From Nitrospirota bacterium (GTDB lineage: Bacteria; Nitrospirota; UBA9217), in the NCBI GenBank assembly GCA_963818475.1, contig CAWFSF010000001.1, positions 64,001 through 128,000 of the forward strand: a DNA stretch of 64,000 nt. The letters run 5' to 3'. Below, piece after piece: positions 56,067 to 64,000 of the stretch; position 1 is the first letter of the stretch; every line of letters begins with the position of its first letter. The translations under genes and the position numbers were made by a program. Below the pieces are notes generated by a model. That model was given only the letters and a program-made list of their open reading frames with translations, searched no databases and was not told the DNA's origin.

Positions 56067-56193
56067 AGGGTCGCTTTTTAGATAGCGAAGTTTACTTCTT
56101 TTATGATAAATAATCAAGCGGGTTTTTGTTCAAAAACGTCGGGAAGAAGCAGGGAGCAACTGGTGCGTGATCCCGCGGCTTACCGCTCCTGCC

Positions 56194-56677
56194 CTACAGT
56201 TTGTACCCGATCTTCCGCAGGAACTGCCGCCGTTCCGCCTTGTCGGCTGAGGTCTCGACCCCTTTCGGCGAAGACCCGTCGATCACGCCGAGGATGCCCC
56301 TGCCCCGGTCCGTGGATGCGATAACGACCTCCAGCGGGTTCGCTGTGGCGCAGAAGATGTGGCAGACCTCGGGGCAGTTCTTGATCGCCGTGAGAACATT
56401 GACCGGGAAGGCATTGCGGAGATAGATGCAGAAGACGTGTCCCGCGCCGAGCGCCTGCAGGGTGGCGACGCAGCTCGCTGACGAGCTCGTCATCATTTCC
56501 CTCGGTCCTGATGAGGCAGGGCCCGGACGCCTCGGTAAAAGCGACGCCGAACTTCGCCTGCGGCACCGTGGTCGCGATGATCTCGTACAGGTCCTCGGCG
56601 GTCTTGATAAAGTGCGTCTGGCCGAGAATGATGTTGCAGCCTTCGGGAATGTCAACGGTGAGGGTTTTCAGCTCCAT
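56194..56677 (-). CDS. Adenosine-specific kinase family (DUF355), frameshifted
   Basis: [52 protein letters not shown]. Confidence 0.88.
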
Positions 56678-56862
56678 GTCTGCCTCCTGAACGCGGGAAA
56701 AGTAATGCCAAAAACTAACCACAGAGAACATAGAGAAATCGCAAGTTCAAAAGGGTTAAGACTTTTTACTGGCCTCCCCCTCTGCGCCGGGATGGAACAA
56801 GTTACATTGTTGGTATGAGTATAGCAGGGGTTCCTTGATTATTCAGCAGCTGGCGGGCATGA

Positions 56863-58177
56863 TCAAACTTTGATATGCAGCAGCGGCAGGCCGAGGCGCT
56901 GCCGCTTGTTCTCCCCTTTGAAGAGATTGGCAGTCCGCTGCGGCGCATCGCCCCGCGCGCCCTCATGCTGGGCCTGCTGTTTTGTGGGCAGGCTGGCCGC
57001 GTGCTGGACCGTATGCTTTCCGAACTTTTCGGACAACTGGTCCACGATGTCGTAGATCCTGCCCATTTTTTCGATCTTTGCGGTATCGTCGAACAGACCG
57101 TACTGGGTCGCTGATTCGGCGATCAGCCCCGCAAGCACCACGCCGGTCTGGCGATACAGCGTCCGGGGGCGGTATACCTGGTTGAATCCCTCGCGAAGCG
57201 GTCCGAACAGCTCGGCAGGATAGGCCGTGGGACGGCTTAGTTTTATCTCCACGCCGCTGCTCGTAAAATCCTGCTTCCGCAAAAAGACCACCAGCCGCGT
57301 TGCCGCGAGCTTGTAGCGCCGGGCCTTGATGCAGGCGTTCTCGAGGTTCTTCGCCAGCTGGGCGAACACGAAGGTCTCGTCCAGCGACGCCGGGGTGAAG
57401 GTCTTTGCCTTGCTGATCGACTGGTAGGCGCTTTTCGACTCCGTGACCACCGGGTAGACGCTCCTGCCGTTCAGCTCGTGCCAGACCTCCTGGTACGGCT
57501 TGGACAGGTGCTGCTCCACGAAAGCGCTCATCCTTGCGCGCAAAGTCGAGTGCGGACGTGATCCCGAATTTCCTGAGGAAGGCTGACGTGTTCGGCCCGA
57601 TGCCCCAGACCTTTTCTATGGGGAGGCTTTCCAGATAGCGATGGATGTCTCTCCCGGAGATCACGGTGAGGCCGTTCGGTTTCTTATGCTTCGAGCCGAC
57701 CTTCGCCAGGACCTTGGAGAGGCTGACGCCGACCGACACGGTGATCCCCAGCTCTGTCTCGATCGCCTTTCGCATCTTCTCGGCGATCGTCTCGTAGGAC
57801 CCGTGAAAGCTCCGCCTGAGGCCGGTGAGATCGACAAAGGCCTCGTCGATGGAGTATTCCTCGACATCGGGCGAGAACCGCCGCATGATCTCGAACATCC
57901 GTACGGAAAAGAGGCTGTAGGTCTCGTAGTCGGACGGCAGGATCACCGCGTCGGGACAGAGCTTCTTCACCTCGGAGAGGCGTACGCCGCGCTGCACGCC
58001 GCGCGCCTTTGCTTCGTAGCTCGCGGCCGCCACGATCCCGCGCTCCTTGCCGGTGATCACCGGCCTGCCCTTGAGCTCCGGGTGGATCGCCTGCTCGCAG
58101 GATGCAAAGAACGCATCGGCATCGAGATGGAGGATGGCCTGCGGCCAGGAGGAAATGGTGAGGGGTTGATTGTCCAC
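56863..58177 (-). CDS. dinB: Y-family DNA polymerase IV, frameshifted
   Basis: HLDADAFFASCE, AASYEAK, YSIDEAFVD, KPNG, VWGIG. Confidence 0.9.
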
Positions 58178-58184
58178 AGCAGGC

Positions 58185-58213
58185 ATTGTAGGTGAACAGG
58201 TGTTCACTGTCAA
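58185..58213 (-). promoter_or_regulatory. Sigma-70 promoter with a LexA-like GAAC-N4-GTTC palindrome in its spacer
   Basis: Minus strand: TTGACA-GTGAACACCTGTTCACC(17 nt)-TACAAT, then 7 nt to the GTG of dinB. Confidence 0.8.
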
Positions 58214-58259
58214 CCCATAAACTGCGTGGGTCGAAATGATAATTCAAACGGGTGGAAGG

Positions 58260-58625
58260 CTATGCATCTTTCGAATCAAAGGCCGCCTTCACAATGCGGC
58301 GCAGTTCACTGGCCTTGACCGGCTTATTGATATACTCGAAGGCGCCGCCGCTGATGTTCTGGAGATAGGACTCAACGCTGCTGTATGCCGTAAGCATGAT
58401 CACCGGCACGGACGGGGCGTCCTTCTTGAGCACGGCGATCAGTTCGGAACCCTTCATGCCGGGCATAAGGTTATCGGTCAGGACCAGGTCAACCCTGGCC
58501 CCACCCCTGATCACGGACAATGCCGACTCGGCATCGGTCTTTGCAATGACATGGTAATCGCTCAGCGTTTCTCCCAGGATCTTCAGTATCTCGGGCTCAT
58601 CATCAACCAACAGAATGGTCTTCAC
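58260..58625 (-). CDS. Single-domain response regulator
   Basis: [27 protein letters not shown]. Confidence 0.9.
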   Translation of the reverse strand: MKTILLVDDEPEILKILGETLSDYHVIAKTDAESALSVIRGGARVDLVLTDNLMPGMKGSELIAVLKKDAPSVPVIMLTAYSSVESYLQNISGGAFEYINKPVKASELRRIVKAAFDSKDA

Positions 58626-58662
58626 AGTGCTTTGCTCCTCTCAAAAGGACTGGGCAAGAAGT

Positions 58663-60678
58663 TTACTCCACCTTCACGCCTACCGCCATCTCCTGCTGCT
58701 GCAGCGACCTGATCTTGTCGCTGCAGCTCGGCCGCGGTCTCGAAATCAAGCTCCTTTGCCGCAGCGCGCATCTGTTTGTCGAGCCGCGCGACCAGCGCCG
58801 GAATGTTCACCGTGGACACATACTCGCCGGCATCCTCCGCCGCGATCGGGACCGTGAAGTAATCCTGTTCGTACACCGTGCGCAGCGCGGTCTGGATGTT
58901 CTTCTTGATGGACTGCGGCGTGATGTTGTGCTCTTTATTGTACGCTTCCTGCACCGTGCGGCGCCGGTTCGTCTCGGCGATGGCGTTCCGCATGGAGTCG
59001 GTCATCTTGTCCGCATAGAGGATCACCTCGCCGTTCACATGCCGGGCCGCGCGGCCCATGGTCTGGATGAGCGAGCGCGTGGAGCGCAGGAACCCTTCCT
59101 TGTCGGCGTCCAGGATGGCCACGAGCGACACCTCGGGGATGTCCAGTCCTTCGCGCAGCAGATTGATGCCGATCAGCACGTCGTACTTGCCCATGCGCAG
59201 GTCGCGGATGATATCGACCCGCTCCAGGGTGTCGATGTCGGAGTGCAGGTAGGCGACCTTCACGTTCAGTTCCTTGTAGTGCTCGGTCAGGTCCTCTGCC
59301 ATGCGCTTCGTGAGCGTGGTGACCAGCACGCGCTCGTGCGACTCGGCCCGCTTTCGCACTTCGTTCAGAAGATCGTCCACCTGCCCCTTGACCGGCCTGA
59401 TCGCTGATCTCCGGGTCCGTCAGGCCGGTCGGCCTGATGACCTGTTCGATGATCCGCCTTGCCGGACTTTTCCATCTCGAAATCGGCCGGCGTGGCCGAC
59501 ACGTACACGGTCTGGTGCACCCGCTCCTCGAACTCCTCGAAATTGAGCGGCCGGTTGTCGAGCGCCGAAGGCAGGCGGAAGCCGTATTCAACGAGGGTCA
59601 TCTTCCGGGCCCGGTCGCCGTTATACATGCCGCCGATCTGCGGTATGGTGGCATGGGACTCGTCGACGACGAGGAGATAGTCCTTGGGGAAGTAGTCGAT
59701 CAGGGTCGGCGGCGGTTCGCCCGGGCGCCCGTCCCGAAAGGTGGCGGGAATAGTTCTCGATGCCGTGGCAGTAGCCCATCTCCTGGATCATCTCAAGGTC
59801 GAACATGGTGCGCTGCTCGATGCGCTGCGCTTCGATGAGCTTGTTCGCCTTGCGGAAACTGCTGGATGCGCTCCCGGAGCTCTTCGTGGATGCCGTCCAT
59901 GGCCGCCTTCATGCGCGACTCGGGGATCACGTAATGGGAGTTCGGATAGATGGCGATCTTTTCGAGCTTCCGGAGCGGCGTGCCGAGCAGCGGATCGAAC
60001 TCGGCGATCGCGTCGATCTCGTCGCCGAACAGCTCGATCCGGATGGCCGTGCTCTCATGCGACGCCGGGAAGATCTCGACCACGTCGCCGCGCACCCGGA
60101 AGGTGCCGCGGTGGAAATCGAAGTCGTTCCGCGTCGTACTGGATGTCCACCAGCTTTCGGAGCATGCTCGTTCGCGCTCGATGCGCTGCCCCTTTTCGAG
60201 GAACAGCAGCATGCCGTGGTAGGCTTCGGGCGAGCCCAGGCCGTAGATGCACGAGACCGAGGACGACGACGATCACGTCGTTCCGCTCAAAGAGCGAATT
60301 GGTGGCCGAATGGCGCATGCGGTCGATCTGTTCGTTGATGGACGAATCCTTTTCGATGTAGGTGTCCGTCGTGGGAAGGTAGGCCTCGGGCTGGTAGTAG
60401 TCGTAGTAGGAGACAAAATACTCGACCGCATTGTCCGGAAAGAGCTCCTTGAACTCGTTGTAGAGCTGGGCTGCCAGCGTCTTGTTGTGGGCGATCACGA
60501 GCGTGGGCTTCTGGACCTGTTCGACCACGTTCGCCATGGTAAAGGTCTTGCCCGAACCGGTCACGCCGAGCAGTACCTGGTGCTTCTGGCCCTTCAGTAT
60601 CCCGCTCGCAAGCTTTTCAATGGCCTGCGGCTGGTCGCCGGTCGGCTTAAACTCCGATATGATCTTGAATTTCGTCAT
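58663..60678 (-). CDS. uvrB: Excinuclease ABC subunit B, frameshifted
   Basis: [52 protein letters not shown]. Confidence 0.96.
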
Positions 60679-60820
60679 GCTGGATATTACTCTACTGCAC
60701 CGGGATGTGTCAATCTACGGCTTGATACCGATGCACATCGATCCGACGTTAGTATGAGCAAACCCGTTGATTTTCAAGAATCCAAAGGCATGACAAGCAT
60801 CTGCCATACAGACACATTTT

Positions 60821-60890
60821 CGTCATTCCCGAGTGGATTTAATCGGGAATTCAGAGATTATTAACGTCCCTGGGTCCCCGATCAGTGACT
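60821..60890. repeat. CGTC-type REP-like palindrome, same family as 51050-51129
   Basis: CGTCATTCCCGA...AATCGGGAAT...CTGGGTCCCCGAT. Confidence 0.7.
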
Positions 60891-61053
60891 CAGCGTCGTC
60901 GTGGTTGAAGACGGGATATGGTGGGTCTGAACCAGGTAAAATTCACTTGTATTTTGAAAGTATCATGATAATATTAAGCACTGGTCCTGCTACTATAGTT
61001 GTACGTTTTTTTGAGAAATACATTATGCTCGAAAAAAGACAGAGGAGGCGATC

Positions 61054-63537
61054 ATGCGGTCATCTGAAATACTAAAAAAGGGCATTCTGTTCTGTGTCAT
61101 AGCAGTCCTTGGTGCTTCGTGCAGCGGCAAAGGCGAGGGCGGCGGTTCATCCTCCGGGCACATCGGGCTTTCTCCGCTCATTGTCACCGACAAGGTAAGC
61201 GTCGTCACACCCCAGACCCAGTCTTCCGTCAGCGGCAAACCCCAGTTGGCCGGGAAGCAAAGCATCGCTCCGCTTCTCTTCGGCGCGGTCTTAAGCGACC
61301 TTACCGCTTCCTCTGACTACGTCAACGACAAGGTCAGCGTTTACGTCAATGAGCGTTCGCTCGAATCATTCCGTTCGGTGAACGAGATCCTGTGCATGAT
61401 ACGCCAGTCGCGGTACGACCTGATGCTGAACAAAGGACCCTATCGGGCGCAGGTGGACAAGAACCTCTGCAGCAGCAACCGGGACAGCGCTTCGAGCGCC
61501 GGCCAGTCATCGACGGACCAGTCATCAGGGTCCACCATGCCCCAGTACGAGACCTGGACCGTTGATTCATACCGTACGAGCGCTCAGTGCGCCGCACGTC
61601 GTCCGGGTATGGGTGCATTCCACGCCCAAGCCGGGCGAACCGGACACGGTGATCCTTGCGCAAATGGATCATCACCGAGGGCGCCGACACGGCCCCGCCC
61701 TATGGCATCTTCAAGACCAATTTCAAGGCCCTTGACAAGCAGACCCTTTCTACGGTGCATTAAAGGGATTTCTGAACGCCGAGCGAGATCCGCTTCACGG
61801 CAAGGTTCTGCTGAAGTTCTCCGTCCGAGGACAAGGACAGCTATTCATGAGAAGGCGACGCTGACAAGGACCCGGCCGGCGCAAGCGGATCGGCAGCGTC
61901 CTTAAGGTCCAGAGCTTCCCCGACCAGACGCCGTCGACCGACCGGTTCGACCTCGCTTATGACTCACCAACTTCCTGCGATCGGATGATTTCGGGCACAC
62001 AGCATCTGCCTCGACCGAGTGAACTTCAAAGTATCGGCCTGGCGGTACGGACTGTATACGACTGCCACGTCGCCCGCCGGCCCTGCCGGTACCCGCGTCA
62101 CCCGGAACTCGAACTTCACGGTCAAAAAGGTCAATCCCGATCTCTACGGGTCCATCGGTTACTGGGGTGCCTGGTTCCCCGCCGGGACTACGGTCACTGA
62201 TAACGAGCAAGTGCTACAAACACGATTACTCCACGAACACCGATACGCCCTTCACGGTCTTGAGCGGGGCGGTAAGCTGAAGAAGTACACAAGGAACATC
62301 ATCACCCTCGCTGACATCAAGAACATCCCGCTCGTCTGGTTCGAGTCCAGTTCGATGTATCCTGGTGGCATGGAACGGATCTTCATTCACAAGACTGGCC
62401 GAGAGTCAAACAGATGGGTCCTGGAAATCGATCGACCCGCTGCACGCCTGAAGCACTCTTCAGCCTGAGCGCACTGAACTGGGTTGATCGACGTTCTGGT
62501 CACAGGCATTAAGTGGTTCCGTGATTGTGAGACTTCATGAACCTCTAAACGGGAATTCCTGTTCCACGACCAGCCCGTACGACTGCTCGTCAGCCGCAAA
62601 AGCCACGACACACGTCGTCTATTTCAAAGAGCAGCGTCGTGTCCCCGGCGATGCGGTCCCGCCGAAGCTGGCCTGTTTCGATCGCTGCCCGGATGCTGCG
62701 TCGTTGGCCACTACGAACCCGTTCCGGACAGACATCCAGAGTTACCAGTTTGTGAACCACGCCGACGCTCGCGACCTATGCCTCGTATTCGTTCGGTTCC
62801 ACGACGATGCTGCGTGGACCAGGATAGCACCACCGCGCTGCGGTCACAGCCGCTACAACCACGTCTCCCTTCAGAACGGGATCACGAGCGGGCCCTGTTC
62901 GACCCCTCGACGACGAATCTGAACCTCCTTGCCTGCGATTGGGATGCCGCCACCACCTGCGGCGACAAGGCCTGGACGCATTGAACGACTTCTTTGTCTG
63001 GGAGACCGGTCCGAATTCATGGAACCGGTTCGTGACGGTCACGGATGTCAGCACCGGCACGCCGGTTAAATTCGACCAGCCGATCCAGGTGAAGTATGTC
63101 CATAACCAGCCGACGTGACTGCGCCTGACAATAAATACGACGGGATCATGTTCTTTCTTGAATACAGCGGCTTCGGCGATCTCCACGGCATCCCGGGCAA
63201 GTGCGTGAACATGGATAGGAGGCATTGATCGCGGACTCAGCCAGGGACGACGCAACCAGACCATCCGGTGGGTTCCTGAATTCACCATTCCCGTTCAGCA
63301 GACGAATAATGACCTGACGACCGTGATCAATGTCGCAAACCCTGCTTCAACCTATTTTGTTAAACCGCTTGAAAACGAAGAACGCATGAACAGTGCCGCG
63401 TTAGCAAGTACGGTGGACAGGCCTCTAGACCTCTCCGTATTCGCTCCCGAGTATGAGTTCCTGGATCGATCCGGCGATCGGCACCGAGCCGGTGATCACC
63501 GCTCCACCCGCAGTGGTCGGCGGGCGTCGTGCAGTAG
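61054..63537 (+). CDS. Large hypothetical lipoprotein, heavily frameshifted
   Basis: RBS GAGGAGG, lipobox GASC; coding-like codon usage continues through several ORF pieces to a terminator at ~63556. Confidence 0.55.
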
Positions 63538-63555
63538 AACTATTCCTTTCCTGCG

Positions 63556-63589
63556 AAGGGCGGAGCATTTGCTCCGCCCTTTCTTTTTT
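63556..63589 (+). terminator. Intrinsic terminator
   Basis: AAGGGCGGAGC-ATTT-GCTCCGCCCTT followed by TCTTTTTT. Confidence 0.8.
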
Positions 63590-63744
63590 GCTCGAACAGA
63601 AGGAGCTCTTTGGAACATGCATCAATCGGAGGAATAATGCGGCAGCATTTCACCCTGTCCCTCATCGTCTTCATGGTCATCATTGCTTCACAAGGGAGCA
63701 CCGCTTCGGACAGCCCGCGGTCCTGACGAGGGCATGCCGGTTCG

Positions 63745-64000
63745 TCAATGGTTCCGTTCATAGCGGATGACCGCATAGGGGATCTCCTCCACCACTTCCT
63801 CCCGGCTGATCTCGGTGAACGCCGCCGGGATCTCCGGGAAGAAGGCATCTCCTTCATAGACCCGGTGGACCACCGTCAGGTAAATGCGGTCCGCCCGTGC
63901 TATCGTCTCCTGATAGAGCGGACCTCCCCCGCAGATGAACACCTCATCCTCGTTGCCGCACAGGCGTAGCGCATCAGCAAGGCTGTGAACCACTGATGCA
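63745..64000 (-). CDS. folA: Dihydrofolate reductase (5' end outside window)
   Basis: EVFICGGGPLYQ, ADRIYLTVV, GDAFFP. Confidence 0.92.
   Translation of the reverse strand, partial: ASVVHSLADALRLCGNEDEVFICGGGPLYQETIARADRIYLTVVHRVYEGDAFFPEIPAAFTEISREEVVEEIPYAVIRYERNH

Noticed and set aside
63637-63727. Small ORF MRQHFTLSLIVFMVIIASQG... with RBS
   Set aside because: Only ~29 codons in an error-rich region; cannot distinguish a small protein from a remnant.

Overview
A GC-rich bacterial chromosomal segment. Gene content resembles an anaerobic Nitrospirota/Desulfobacterota-type organism (inference only). Many conserved genes carry scattered 1-bp indels, most likely long-read errors, so split ORFs are merged here into single CDS calls. 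Core content: tpiA-secG, ABC transporters, hemE-hemH-hemG, galT-glgA with a two-component system, rlmD, multiheme cytochromes, secA, an octaheme/ArsR/DUF3373 redox module, a central-carbon cluster (gdh, malic enzyme, fumC, sdhCAB, FBP aldolase/phosphatase, PEPCK, two-subunit carboxylase), dinB, uvrB and folA. An AT-rich accessory island at ~4.6-12.4 kb holds TPR/TMTC-like genes, a DUF1566 protein and a decayed Y1 transposase, and is bracketed by diverged fragments of core genes (uvrB 3' end, ABC permease). The most striking non-gene signal is a set of ~100-bp intergenic inverted-repeat elements built from 7-, 8- or 9-bp periodic units at many gene junctions. One family occurs both empty (3 copies) and filled with a GxxExxY PD-(D/E)XK nuclease gene inside the heme operon, suggesting a nuclease-driven mobile palindrome system.
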